From a virus (lineage: Duplodnaviria; Caudoviricetes), in the IMG/VR virus record IMGVR_UViG_3300001528_000259, positions 74,725 through 138,724 of that record: a stretch of 64,000 nt of DNA; one strand, given 5' to 3'. Under the pieces are notes generated by a model. It was given only the letters and a program-made list of their open reading frames with translations. It made no database searches and was not told the DNA's origin. The position numbers and the translations under genes were made by a program. How positions within the stretch are numbered: position 1 is the stretch's first letter; each line of letters begins with the position of its first letter. Shown in pieces: positions 32,510-42,324 of the stretch.

Positions 32510-33250
32510 TCATTCCTCCGTCCAAATATACTGACTCTCAGTTTCATCAGTGGTCCATTCATCAAACGGATTAAGATCAACCGGCGCGGGATTTTCCAAT
32601 CCCTTATCATTTGTCCATGTTAAAATCTTATCTTCGCTAATATGTGGAATGAATGTTGCTCCAGATGCACCCTCAATTTGACCAAGTTCAAGAACTCTTC
32701 CATCTATAAGTGTGATTGTAATATTTTCATTCTCATCTACATCAAAACTCTTAATGCCACAACTTGTATAATCAATGGCGTCTCCAATTGGACTTCCATT
32801 TGCGGTCAGTTGCACTTTATTGTTTTCAGTATCGAGAACAATATTATCTGCTTTTGTTTCTTTAAGATCATCAATGGTAGCAGATAATTTATTAACAATT
32901 TCGTTATAATATTTTAATGAAATACTATCGTCGTCTTCGTAAGATATGTTACTGTTTTCAACTGGAATTTTTACTGTATTAGTGGTTATTCCACCACCAA
33001 ATACGCTTACAGAAAAAGATGGAGTTTTGATTACTTCTTTCGGAACTGTACAAATATTATCTTCATCAATTAAAACAGGGAAATTGCGCCCGTGATAGCT
33101 AAAATTTGCCATTTTAACAGATACACCAGACCAGTCATTTGTTTTAAAGTTAAATTTAAATTTAAGATATCCGTAACTATTAGAAGCTATTACGCCAGAA
33201 GTATATCTGCTAAGACGTTGGTTTTTTACGGAAAATTCAATTATTAACAC
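32510..33250 (-). CDS. BppU-like baseplate/fibre anchor protein
   Basis: N-terminal FxFxxxDW...CTVPKEV fold pattern; GATFIPHISEDKILTWTNDKGLENP motif. Confidence 0.55.
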   Translation of the reverse strand: MLIIEFSVKNQRLSRYTSGVIASNSYGYLKFKFNFKTNDWSGVSVKMANFSYHGRNFPVLIDEDNICTVPKEVIKTPSFSVSVFGGGITTNTVKIPVENSNISYEDDDSISLKYYNEIVNKLSATIDDLKETKADNIVLDTENNKVQLTANGSPIGDAIDYTSCGIKSFDVDENENITITLIDGRVLELGQIEGASGATFIPHISEDKILTWTNDKGLENPAPVDLNPFDEWTTDETESQYIWTEE

Positions 33251-33360
33251 GTTTTAATCAACCCCCTTCTTTAAAAATTTTTACCTATTATAAAAGCCTC
33301 TGGTTCCACAACCACTTTGATTATTTTGTTACATCGCACTTTTTCCGCGTGAACCGCCAA

Positions 33361-33582
33361 TTATAACATATGTCGATCCCAAAGTTCTTTAGCTTTACGA
33401 GTCTCTGGGCATTTTGCAAACACAAATACTATACATTTATCTCTTACCTCGCTATTCCAAATAATATCTAATAAATAATCAGAACCAAGGTATTCCAGAT
33501 ATCGTTGTGCTTGTAAGACATTAGAGATAAAAATCGCATTTCCGGGTTCATACAATTTGTGCGTAATCTCACTTTTAATCAT
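33361..33582 (-). CDS. Hypothetical protein
   Basis: 73-aa ORF with SD GGAGAG; conserved-looking phage small protein. Confidence 0.5.
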   Translation of the reverse strand: MIKSEITHKLYEPGNAIFISNVLQAQRYLEYLGSDYLLDIIWNSEVRDKCIVFVFAKCPETRKAKELWDRHML

Positions 33583-33621
33583 TTAATCTCTCCTATTGTT
33601 GCATAAAAAATGAGGATATGA

Positions 33622-33975
33622 TTATTCGTTTTCAGAAATAGCCATATCCTCATCTGCATTAACTACTTCTACGTCATTAGGTATGACAACTTCTTCTATT
33701 TTTGCGAATTTACGCTTTGGTTTTGCCGCATTTACTATACCATAATAATATTTTTCTATATTGGGTCGCAAAGATATCTTGTCGATATTATACGGTCGAA
33801 GCTCTTTGATTGTTTCTGACGCGGTTGTCACCTTAGATCCGTATCGTTGCAAAATCATTGATATATGATAACAATCTTCACTACAATAACCAGCGTTTTT
33901 AAATATGTCTTTGGTAATTGCGCATGAGTCACAATAGTTAAATTCACAAGTACAAATTTTACACGTTTGTTTCAT
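33622..33975 (-). CDS. Hypothetical zinc-binding protein downstream of the tail tube gene
   Basis: CxxC...YCxxC...CSxxC; SD AAGGAG. Confidence 0.55.
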   Translation of the reverse strand: MKQTCKICTCEFNYCDSCAITKDIFKNAGYCSEDCYHISMILQRYGSKVTTASETIKELRPYNIDKISLRPNIEKYYYGIVNAAKPKRKFAKIEEVVIPNDVEVVNADEDMAISENE

Positions 33976-34002
33976 GTTTTTGCTCCTTCATGTCATAATT
34001 AC

Positions 34003-34036
34003 ATACAACACGGGCAGATTTCCACCCGTGTTGTAT
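34003..34036 (-). terminator. Stem-loop after the major tail protein gene
   Basis: ATACAACACGGG-N10-CCCGTGTTGTAT perfect inverted repeat. Confidence 0.6.
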
Positions 34037-34050
34037 CGGTTATTTACTTA

Positions 34051-34842
34051 TTAGCAAACAATGATAGAGTAGAGACCTTCTTCTCCACAATATTCTTTCT
34101 TGCAATTAATGGTAAAGTCATGAGTACCATCAGTAGCAAAATTCAAATCCCCGTCGATAGCGAGCTGAGCATAAGGAGCTGTAATATAGAAGTATACAAG
34201 CTCGTGAGTGCAGACGTCTTTACCAAGACCTTCGACTACGCAACGACCAGGAATGGTGTTTGCATCAGCAAAGTTAGTAAACTTCTGAGCATTTGTCTCC
34301 TCATATACATAAGGGATGAAGAGCTGTACATCAGCATCAGCGGCAGGAGATGTGGTAAATGTAATCTTTCCTTCGCTATAAGTTGCAGTACCGCCTGCAC
34401 CAACAGCGACCTTTTCTCCAAGCGAACCATCGCCATTCATAACATAAACAACAGTAGGCTCTCCGCCAGTCTTGGGTGTCTTGGTAAGAGTTACCTCAGT
34501 TCCAGCTTTTGCAAGTTTGACAACATCATGGAACTGGATTTCGGCAGTACCAGTGGTAAGTTTAGTACCAGCCTGTGCAGCAGCAAGAGGCAGATCGAAC
34601 AGAGCATTAGAGCCGCTCATTTCCGCCGTCTTAGAACGAAGATACGACTCAATTACAACGCCGTCTCCATCAACCGCATCAGCCATCTCAGAACCGTTAG
34701 AAATAGAAAAGTCTGTAATGTCCTTAATAGTCCAAAGGATGTCATCCTTTTCCACTGCAACGCCGTGGTTCTCATTTGCAGGAACCGCAGCATTAGCATA
34801 CTGAGTAATTCTTCTAATCTTATTAATAGTAAAATTAGCCAT
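34051..34842 (-). CDS. Major tail (tube) protein
   Basis: Position after neck genes; strongly biased codons like the MCP gene; beta-rich with an inserted Ig-like segment. Start MANFT after GGAGG. Confidence 0.7.
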   Translation of the reverse strand: MANFTINKIRRITQYANAAVPANENHGVAVEKDDILWTIKDITDFSISNGSEMADAVDGDGVVIESYLRSKTAEMSGSNALFDLPLAAAQAGTKLTTGTAEIQFHDVVKLAKAGTEVTLTKTPKTGGEPTVVYVMNGDGSLGEKVAVGAGGTATYSEGKITFTTSPAADADVQLFIPYVYEETNAQKFTNFADANTIPGRCVVEGLGKDVCTHELVYFYITAPYAQLAIDGDLNFATDGTHDFTINCKKEYCGEEGLYSIIVC

Positions 34843-34890
34843 ATTATTATCCTCCATAAAAATTAATTTTGTTTAATATTAACAAACACA

Positions 34891-35658
34891 TTAATATGTG
34901 CCAGTTTGTAATTTTTGTCCGGATGTATTATCATGTTTAATTTCTCTCATCCAGTTATAATTGTCTTTCTTGATTTTCTTTGTATCTACCATTCCAGAAT
35001 ATGATCCATGTAGTAGGGCATCTGATTGTACAATAATTTGTAAACGATTGATTTCGTCCATCATTTCAAATATTTGCATATCTAATATATATTGTTTTGT
35101 GTATCCCTGTCGTCCTTTTAAAGATGATATTATAGGATACAAAAACGATTTATATTCTTTATTTTTGTTCTTTTCAATTTCTTCTTTATCCATTTCAATT
35201 GCCATTTCATGCGCAAAGGGTGTACTTGCTTTGTCACAAGCTCTCGTAAATCCATGAACTTTTCGTAAATATTCTACAATACGCCAATAGATCCCTTCGT
35301 CTATCATTGTCTCAGTTTCCTGATGATATAGAACCGGACGTCCATTTTGTCTATTTTCACGAACTTTAAATTTGGTCAAATCTATATCGCCCAAAATAAT
35401 TTTTGTTTTTTCTTGTGGTAAGGTTGGCCACAGCATAAGAGCAATTTGCCAATCTTCAATTTTTTCCCAATCTAATTTCATTGTAAACAGCTGATATTTA
35501 AGATTAGAACTTGTTGAGCACAATGTGCTTACTGTAGACATATATGTCGCTTCATCATTAAGAATGATCTCGCGTATAGTAGGCTGGTGCACAATAATTT
35601 TGTCATTGATAACTAAAGGCTCACCAGACCAACAGAACAAATCATTTGTCTCTAACAT
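34891..35658 (-). CDS. Tail assembly protein
   Basis: IIVHQPTIREI...DALLHGSYSGMVDTKKI motif; between the tail terminator and tube genes. Confidence 0.5.
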   Translation of the reverse strand: MLETNDLFCWSGEPLVINDKIIVHQPTIREIILNDEATYMSTVSTLCSTSSNLKYQLFTMKLDWEKIEDWQIALMLWPTLPQEKTKIILGDIDLTKFKVRENRQNGRPVLYHQETETMIDEGIYWRIVEYLRKVHGFTRACDKASTPFAHEMAIEMDKEEIEKNKNKEYKSFLYPIISSLKGRQGYTKQYILDMQIFEMMDEINRLQIIVQSDALLHGSYSGMVDTKKIKKDNYNWMREIKHDNTSGQKLQTGTY

Positions 35659-36208
35659 CTTCTCTAACAATGCTCCCATCGTGTCTATTAAGCGACAACC
35701 TCTCATATCTATTATCGAACAAACCATCTTGCGTTTGTTCTGGTATAATAAGCTGAAATTTCAGCGTTCGAGTATAGTAATCAGTATCTGTAATGCTGCT
35801 CTTAGACTGGATTAACTTGAGTTCATGCCCAAAAAGATTACTACGGTTAAAAAGGTCGCGAATGATATATGATATCAAATCAGATCTTACAACACCATAT
35901 TTAGTCTTCATTAGATCCTTATGTACAAAAATAACAAATTGAATTATTTGCTGTTTCATTCTATCGTTACGAGCAATATCAGACATATCATCTACTTCAT
36001 AACAAATGAAAACCTTTGATGTATCTATAGTATTCGGAACTCTAAGAAATGGAAATAAATTGACGTATACATATTCCTCTGGTGTATCCGGATTGAGATG
36101 GGGATTATCTAATAATTCAATAATATCTGGGTCATTATATAAAACCATTTCGATAATACGTTTAGTTAAACTAATATCATCTTCAATATTTTGAATATCA
36201 CGTTTCAT
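35642..36208 (-). CDS. Tail terminator/completion-like protein
   Basis: Neck-module position; LFPFLRVP...FVIFVHKD...RSDLI; start MKRDIQ. Confidence 0.55.
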   Translation of the reverse strand: MKRDIQNIEDDISLTKRIIEMVLYNDPDIIELLDNPHLNPDTPEEYVYVNLFPFLRVPNTIDTSKVFICYEVDDMSDIARNDRMKQQIIQFVIFVHKDLMKTKYGVVRSDLISYIIRDLFNRSNLFGHELKLIQSKSSITDTDYYTRTLKFQLIIPEQTQDGLFDNRYERLSLNRHDGSIVREDVRDK

Positions 36209-36209
36209 C

Positions 36210-37277
36210 TTATCCCACCACCTCAATTTGTATTTCTGCCGCGCTACCATCAGATCCAATTGCTTGAACAATAAGCACAGTGCCAATTAAATTGTAATTT
36301 TGTGCTATCTTAAGTTTCATCTGATTGCCGGAATAATCAATTGTATAATTTGTATCACCACTAATGTCCCCATTTGCGTCACTAATTGTCCATTTAGACA
36401 CGGTAACAGTTTCATCATAAAAAACCGCCGTAAATGTCTTCCAACTTCCACCAACTTTGATTGTTGGTTTGGTACCAGAGCAGGCAATAGTGACAGTTTG
36501 TTTAAGGTCTTCCTCAACATCGGGTTCAGTTGGTAAAATTGGTGTATCGTAATAATTGCAGATACCAAGTTCCGCGTTGTCGTGTGTGGGATCGAAGGTC
36601 TCTTGTGTAAACTTAAATGTTGTTATGCCATGTGGTTGTGTATCCTCAATTTTAGATACTTGATACACAATTGGAGGGTATCTTCTTTCATCAGAGATTA
36701 TAAATCTCTTATTATACCCAATTTTGATTGTATCTGAATTTGTTGGGACGATAGTGGCGGTTACATTATCAACCGCAGTCGTTCTATCTCCATCCCACGA
36801 CCCGCTGTTGTAACTTTGCTGAATTCTCTGCACTCCAAGTACAGAGTAAATCTTACCATCAGATATCCATTTTAAAATGTGATTAGTTTTCAACACCTGA
36901 TATTGTCTAAACATCGGTCTATCATCAAGATGTACCAATAACCACCAAATCCATTCACCATCTTCATTCTCCATATACACATAACTTCCAATTCCAACTT
37001 CAGGATGTCTTTTTTCTTCACCATGACGAAATTGCATCCAGTACGATGGCTCATCAGAAGTAATATTTGCATATGTTTTTACATTAAACTTTACATCAAT
37101 CAATTCATTCTCTGCCGTAACTTCTGGTAGACCACTGTCAACCTTAACTACATACACTTTTCGTGCGTTTGGGTCTCTGTCCCACGTCTGCTCAATCACC
37201 ATATTGCTCTGCATCCTTAGCATTTCACTCATGTTTGCGCCACGATGACACATACGGCTTCTATAAAAATCAAACAT
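36210..37277 (-). CDS. Head closure/neck protein
   Basis: Neck-module position; C-terminal Ig-like segment. Confidence 0.5.
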   Translation of the reverse strand: MFDFYRSRMCHRGANMSEMLRMQSNMVIEQTWDRDPNARKVYVVKVDSGLPEVTAENELIDVKFNVKTYANITSDEPSYWMQFRHGEEKRHPEVGIGSYVYMENEDGEWIWWLLVHLDDRPMFRQYQVLKTNHILKWISDGKIYSVLGVQRIQQSYNSGSWDGDRTTAVDNVTATIVPTNSDTIKIGYNKRFIISDERRYPPIVYQVSKIEDTQPHGITTFKFTQETFDPTHDNAELGICNYYDTPILPTEPDVEEDLKQTVTIACSGTKPTIKVGGSWKTFTAVFYDETVTVSKWTISDANGDISGDTNYTIDYSGNQMKLKIAQNYNLIGTVLIVQAIGSDGSAAEIQIEVVG

Positions 37278-37572
37278 TTTCTTTACCACCCCTCAGTTTA
37301 TCTACCAAGTTGGCAGCATCAAGAATACATTTACGAAATTGAGCCGGATTAATCCGAGCAGTCTCCAAATTACTTACTATTGTAAGTATTTCGGGTTGGA
37401 AATAAAACATTTTATTAGCACCAAGAATTTCATTAATTAAAGTTTGAATTGTCGCATCTACCAAAGGACTCTCCGCTTCCTTAAGATATAGGACATTCAA
37501 GATCGCGCCATACCAATGGCGCTTTTGTTGTTCTATCTGATTCGACGGGATGTTTTCATAATTATTTTTCAT
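37270..37572 (-). CDS. Hypothetical neck-module protein
   Basis: ~100-aa ORF coupled to both neighbours. Confidence 0.5.
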   Translation of the reverse strand: MKNNYENIPSNQIEQQKRHWYGAILNVLYLKEAESPLVDATIQTLINEILGANKMFYFQPEILTIVSNLETARINPAQFRKCILDAANLVDKLRGGKENV

Positions 37573-37583
37573 AGCAACACCCC

Positions 37584-38015
37584 TCAATCAAAATATTCAT
37601 TATCTATATAAGTATAATCGCGAGAAAGCTGTTGTGCCTCCAGGCGCAACCGATCGTCCATTTCACGAAGTTCTTTAATGTGCGCAGCTTGTGAATAGAA
37701 ATTCGTCTCTTTGCCGCTAAATGTCTGTAAGACCGTCGTCACACTGTGTAAACGCTGAGATATCCACTCTCTCACCATCATAATTGCAAGTATCTCTATT
37801 TCTAAATCAGACAAATCAGAATTGAATTGTTTCAACTCCTCATCTCTATCTGACAAATCATGTTCGCATTTTCGATGCTTTGCAATTGCAGACAATAGCC
37901 AATCATGAAGCATATTTTCAAGATCTTCATCCGGGAGTGCCGCAAGTTGGGGGTCTTCCAGCTTTTGGAGTGCACGATTATACACTGTATCATAACCTGT
38001 CATCGCAGGGTTCAC
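37584..38015 (-). CDS. Head-tail adaptor
   Basis: Helical protein with FNSDLSDLEIEILA...W and FSGKE..FYSQA motifs; follows the capsid genes. Confidence 0.6.
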   Translation of the reverse strand: MNPAMTGYDTVYNRALQKLEDPQLAALPDEDLENMLHDWLLSAIAKHRKCEHDLSDRDEELKQFNSDLSDLEIEILAIMMVREWISQRLHSVTTVLQTFSGKETNFYSQAAHIKELREMDDRLRLEAQQLSRDYTYIDNEYFD

Positions 38016-38024
38016 CTCCTACGA

Positions 38025-38603
38025 TTATTTCATAAACATCTCAACAAAATCAGTTCCCCAAGCCGTATCGATCTCACGAACCTTACGAATATCATAAAGC
38101 TCTTCATTCTGAATCATCTGAACCGCCTTAGTTTTAATTGCATCCTTAAGTCCATCAGGCATAAGTTTAAGTTGCGCCTTAAACTTATTAAGTGGAAGCG
38201 CAAAGAAATCCTCAATGGTTTGAGTATTGATTTTATCGTAAATAGGCTTAAGCATCGAACCCCATTGTTCTACAAGATCTTCATCTTCAATAATGAATCT
38301 TGGCTTTACAAGAAAACCTGATCTACGAGATTGTAGAGCCTGAAGGTCTTGATATTCGACGTATGCGCAATCCCCATAATCAGCCCAAGTATATTGAAGC
38401 TTAGATTTGTCACCGACGAGAATTAATTCTCCACCCGTAACCGAACGACACTCAATAAGATCATCTGGATTATATTTCTTAACCGTCTTTCTCGTAGAAG
38501 TTGCTTTTACAGGCTTTTCCTTTGATTCCTCGATAATTTCTGTATCCTGAATAACAATAGGTTCTTCTGATTCTATTTTTTTAGTAGTAGTTCTACCTGC
38601 CAT
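38025..38603 (-). CDS. Hypothetical protein following the MCP gene (SPbeta YonA-like position)
   Basis: 192-aa ORF with SD AAGGAG; assignment by synteny. Confidence 0.55.
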   Translation of the reverse strand: MAGRTTTKKIESEEPIVIQDTEIIEESKEKPVKATSTRKTVKKYNPDDLIECRSVTGGELILVGDKSKLQYTWADYGDCAYVEYQDLQALQSRRSGFLVKPRFIIEDEDLVEQWGSMLKPIYDKINTQTIEDFFALPLNKFKAQLKLMPDGLKDAIKTKAVQMIQNEELYDIRKVREIDTAWGTDFVEMFMK

Positions 38604-38654
38604 AATATTATTTCTCCTTTTATTCCTTTATTTAATCATTTTGTTTGGTAATAA

Positions 38655-39731
38655 TTACGCATCAATATCGTAGCAACCGAAAGCACTATTAAGCATAACA
38701 GCGCAACCGAGTTTTGTCTGCATTTCGGCGGTGTACGTCATATCCATATTTACGTCCTTGTCGGTAACCTGAGAAAGCTGAGTATCTCCCTCATTGACAA
38801 CTTTAATGAACTTAATGTCTGTTACAGGCATAATCCAAAGAAGAGTGTTATCAATCTTATATGTACCGATCTTATTCTTCTCAAAGACCTGAGGTATCTC
38901 AACTAATTCCTTGCCTTCCCACATACCAAGAATGCCATTGTGATAGTGTTCATCCTTCATAGCGTCAGAAATATAGGAAGCGTTCTGAAGAGCAGTAACC
39001 TTAGAAAGTGCCGTTCTAGTGCCCATAATCATAACTGGATAACCAGTTGCGGTAGAAACAAGGTCGCAAAGAGTATTAAGGTTCTCCGCAGTAACACTAC
39101 CGGTCTTCTTAAACTGACCAGTAAGAGCGACTGCATAACCAACCATAGCGTCATAGATTGTGTTCTTAACATATCTGTCATATGCCTCATACATCTTATT
39201 GACGAATGTAGCAAAATCATCAGCACCCATTACAACTCGCTCGAACTCAGCGTACACCTTCGCACCACACCAGTAAGTAGCAATGCTCTGAACTTTACCA
39301 GCACCAAGTCTTTGACGTACTATATCGTGGTGTCCACCCGCAAGCCTCATTATAGAAAGAATGGACTCATCAGGGCTATAAAACTCATTCTTGTCACCAA
39401 GAGCAAGGTTTCTCTGATCTACATACTTCTGGAAGAAGGGATCGTTACCCCAACCAGAAACAAGAAGATTCTGAACGGTCTCTTCAATGATATCAAACAC
39501 AAGGGCTTGATTACGTCTGATGGCTTTACGAACATCACCTGGTCTGGAGTTCTTATCAACACCGAGAATATTCTGGAATACTTCAACAATCTTTGCATTA
39601 GCTTCTTCCTTAGAAACCTCCTGCTTACCAAGGGCTGTGTCAGTTAGAAGCTGAGAGAATGCCATAAAATCATTGGCATCATTATTAAATACATTCTGCA
39701 CATTTGCAGTAAAATTCATAAATTTATTCAT
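38655..39731 (-). CDS. Major capsid protein
   Basis: 358 aa; follows scaffold and decoration genes; high-expression codon bias. Confidence 0.8.
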   Translation of the reverse strand: MNKFMNFTANVQNVFNNDANDFMAFSQLLTDTALGKQEVSKEEANAKIVEVFQNILGVDKNSRPGDVRKAIRRNQALVFDIIEETVQNLLVSGWGNDPFFQKYVDQRNLALGDKNEFYSPDESILSIMRLAGGHHDIVRQRLGAGKVQSIATYWCGAKVYAEFERVVMGADDFATFVNKMYEAYDRYVKNTIYDAMVGYAVALTGQFKKTGSVTAENLNTLCDLVSTATGYPVMIMGTRTALSKVTALQNASYISDAMKDEHYHNGILGMWEGKELVEIPQVFEKNKIGTYKIDNTLLWIMPVTDIKFIKVVNEGDTQLSQVTDKDVNMDMTYTAEMQTKLGCAVMLNSAFGCYDIDA

Positions 39732-39756
39732 AATTATTTCCTCCTTTCAACCTAAA

Positions 39757-40257
39757 TTAGTCTCCGACCTTATTAATTTCTCTAACAATAACTCTGTAGC
39801 TAGTGCTATTAGTATAAGGTACTTCCTCAATGATTTCACCGATAAAGCCACTTGTTGGAGCGGTATCCTTAATGGTGTAAGTAGCATCTACGAACTTACC
39901 AACAGCAGGAGTACCAATGAAAGCGTCAGAAGAGAGTGTGTAAATGTCGTCTACATAAAGTTCATATGCTCTGGCAATTTCATCCTGAGCATTATAGAAA
40001 AACTTCTCCTCAGACTTATACTTTTCACCATTGTAAGCAAAGGGAGATGTGAGAACGAGGTAAGGCTTATCTCCATTTGCGAAGGTCTTTGCCTTAAATA
40101 CCTGTCCTTCGACGTGATCACCAATCGAAACTATAGTTCCATTATCGGTATCTGCAATCATTTTAAGGTCATAAATGTGACCAGCAGTGGTTGCCTTGAG
40201 TCTACTTGACTCAGCGACTACGTGGGCAGTGCCCTGAATGTTATCAAAAACGTTCAT
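39757..40257 (-). CDS. Head decoration/minor capsid protein
   Basis: 166 aa between scaffold and MCP; DNGTIV...ARAY.L..DD motif; biased codons. Confidence 0.65.
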   Translation of the reverse strand: MNVFDNIQGTAHVVAESSRLKATTAGHIYDLKMIADTDNGTIVSIGDHVEGQVFKAKTFANGDKPYLVLTSPFAYNGEKYKSEEKFFYNAQDEIARAYELYVDDIYTLSSDAFIGTPAVGKFVDATYTIKDTAPTSGFIGEIIEEVPYTNSTSYRVIVREINKVGD

Positions 40258-40296
40258 AATTTTTCCTCCATTAAATAAAATTTTTTAAATTAAATA

Positions 40297-40326
40297 TAAA
40301 AAAAGAATACTCTTAGAAATATTCTT
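40297..40326 (-). terminator. Hairpin with U-tract after the protease/scaffold gene
   Basis: Minus strand AAGAAUAUUU-CUAA-GAGUAUUCUU followed by a U-run; AU-rich and weak. Confidence 0.45.
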
Positions 40327-40359
40327 AGTTTAATTAATGATTAATAATTTTGTATTGTT

Positions 40360-42045
40360 TTATTTGTCAAAAAGTCTGCCATATGGGGACTTTTTATCTT
40401 CCTTCTTATTGAAGTTAAATCCAAGAACCTTTGGCTTCTTAGTGCCATCATCTTTAGCACTAAATTCACCGGTCTTAATTACATAATCAGCAAAAATTGC
40501 TTTTGCTTTATTTTCCACTTCTTCAACACTAAATTTTTCAGCGTCAGCAACAAGTGTCTTAAATGCATCATCATCGGCAAGAACAGAGTATTCAGCTCTT
40601 GCAAAGATAGTATCCTTCTTTGCCTTAAGCTCAGCAGTATCATAATTATCTTTGAATGCCTTAAGCTCGCTATACTTAGCTTCGAGAGCGGAATAATCCT
40701 CTCTCATCTTATCGATGGCAAGTTTCTCAGATTCAGTAAGAATCATCTTAAATACTTCCTGTCTATCACCACTGAGAGATACATTATCTCCTTCAACAGC
40801 ATATGACTGTTTGTAAAGTTTATTGCCATCCCAATTTTCGAAGATAAAATAGTCATCGTATACATTTGAAATCCAGTACCATTCATTATCTTCTTCTTCA
40901 TAAACACTAATTAAATTAAATAATGCACCACGAATATCTTCATGGCTAATTTCAAAAGTGATAGTCGCATTACCATTATCATCAGTAGAATATGATTTTT
41001 TTGAATTGAAAGTGTCTACAGTACCATCAGAATTATCATCCGAAATTCCATCGTCATCATTATTCTCGGCTTCGTTAGTGTCATCACCATTATCACTGTC
41101 ACTGGTTCCTTCACTATCATCGGCGTTATCACTATCGAATATTTCAGCAAATTTTGCCTCAAGTTCTTCATCAGAGAGCCCTTCGACTTCGAATGTTACA
41201 TCTTCCTTGCTTTTACCATATTTAGATAAAAGTTCTTCAAACTTATTCATATTTTCTTTTCCTCCTTCCTCTGTGGATTGTTTTATAGTAAAGTTGGATA
41301 ATGTAATATTTAACTTATCCAAAACTTCAACTAACTTGTCTTGATATGTAAATACAGGCTCCTTGTGACAGAAATCAGAAATATCTGCTCTTGCGCCAAG
41401 CATTCCCTCACCAACCTCACGACCTTCTTCGTCACAACCCAAAAGAGTGCAACCACCAAAATAAAAATCAGTCAAATCAAGATATTTTTCTTTGGCATTA
41501 TATGCGAGTTCATTGATTACAAGTTCGCAACTTACTTTTGTTCCGTTCTTTCTACGAATAATGTCAGCGGCATCTGTATAGCCTTCCGGAATAACCGCAT
41601 ATGCATGCACATATGTCTTACCTTTCTCTTCGTCATACTTCAACCACGGATCGTCAGCAGTAAAACATCCGACCTGTTTCTCGATGTAAGAAATTTCAGT
41701 CTCTCCATCTTCATTTTCAACAATTTCCACATTATGAGCATAAAAATCTTTTGTGCCGTCTTTAAGCTCGTGAATATATGCCAAAATAGGTCGATATTTC
41801 AGTGTAGGCATCGCCTTTTCCATATTCTCATCAGAAATATGCGAACCGTTTCGGTTAGTCTGCGTATGGCAAACTTTAAGTTCAAGTTTTAGCATACCTG
41901 GCATATCAGTTTCATTTGCCTCAAAGAAACCGTTTGTTGTTACTACGATAGGCTTTCCTGAATCCTTTGAACTAAAATTGACAGATTTATTCTGTTCTAC
42001 AAAAAACTTATATAAACTATCAAGTGTTAAAATTTGTTTTCCCAT
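40360..42045 (-). CDS. Prohead protease/scaffold protein (YonD-like)
   Basis: CHTQTNRNGS, KVSCEL and GCTLLG protease-like N-terminal motifs; acidic linker and coiled-coil C-terminus. Confidence 0.75.
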   Translation of the reverse strand: MGKQILTLDSLYKFFVEQNKSVNFSSKDSGKPIVVTTNGFFEANETDMPGMLKLELKVCHTQTNRNGSHISDENMEKAMPTLKYRPILAYIHELKDGTKDFYAHNVEIVENEDGETEISYIEKQVGCFTADDPWLKYDEEKGKTYVHAYAVIPEGYTDAADIIRRKNGTKVSCELVINELAYNAKEKYLDLTDFYFGGCTLLGCDEEGREVGEGMLGARADISDFCHKEPVFTYQDKLVEVLDKLNITLSNFTIKQSTEEGGKENMNKFEELLSKYGKSKEDVTFEVEGLSDEELEAKFAEIFDSDNADDSEGTSDSDNGDDTNEAENNDDDGISDDNSDGTVDTFNSKKSYSTDDNGNATITFEISHEDIRGALFNLISVYEEEDNEWYWISNVYDDYFIFENWDGNKLYKQSYAVEGDNVSLSGDRQEVFKMILTESEKLAIDKMREDYSALEAKYSELKAFKDNYDTAELKAKKDTIFARAEYSVLADDDAFKTLVADAEKFSVEEVENKAKAIFADYVIKTGEFSAKDDGTKKPKVLGFNFNKKEDKKSPYGRLFDK

Positions 42046-42095
42046 TTATTTTGTCCTCCTTTCTTTAGATTTATATATGCAACTCCGAAAGGAGA

Positions 42096-42275
42096 TTACA
42101 AGCTTAGCATGTTATCATACACAATTTGTTTCTTGTCTACAACATCAAAATTTAGCTTCTTACTTTCATTTAAAAAAGTATATACTTGTCCAATATGGGA
42201 AATAAGGCGAAATCCCTCAGCAAGCAATTTTGTTGCCGTAGACTCATCTGTTGTTTTTATAAATTTCTTTTCCAT
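42096..42275 (-). CDS. Small hypothetical protein (59 aa), absent from the ORF track
   Basis: AAAGGAGG SD, then MEKKFIKTTDESTATKLLAEGFRLISHIGQVYTFLNESKKLNFDVVDKKQIVYDNMLSL; fills the portal-scaffold gap. Confidence 0.7.
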   Translation of the reverse strand: MEKKFIKTTDESTATKLLAEGFRLISHIGQVYTFLNESKKLNFDVVDKKQIVYDNMLSL

Positions 42276-42324
42276 TGGAGAATGCCTCCTTTAATCATTT
42301 TGTTAGATTAAAATTTTAATCATA

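Noticed and set aside
17581-33250. Diversity-generating retroelement or invertible fibre cassette
   Set aside because: No reverse transcriptase, recombinase, template/variable repeat pair or inverted gene copies seen in the window.
33967-34866. 299-aa plus-strand ORF
   Set aside because: Antisense shadow of the codon-biased major tail gene; no SD and no recognisable motifs.
38940-40209. 235-aa and 178-aa plus-strand ORFs
   Set aside because: Antisense shadows of the MCP and decoration genes.
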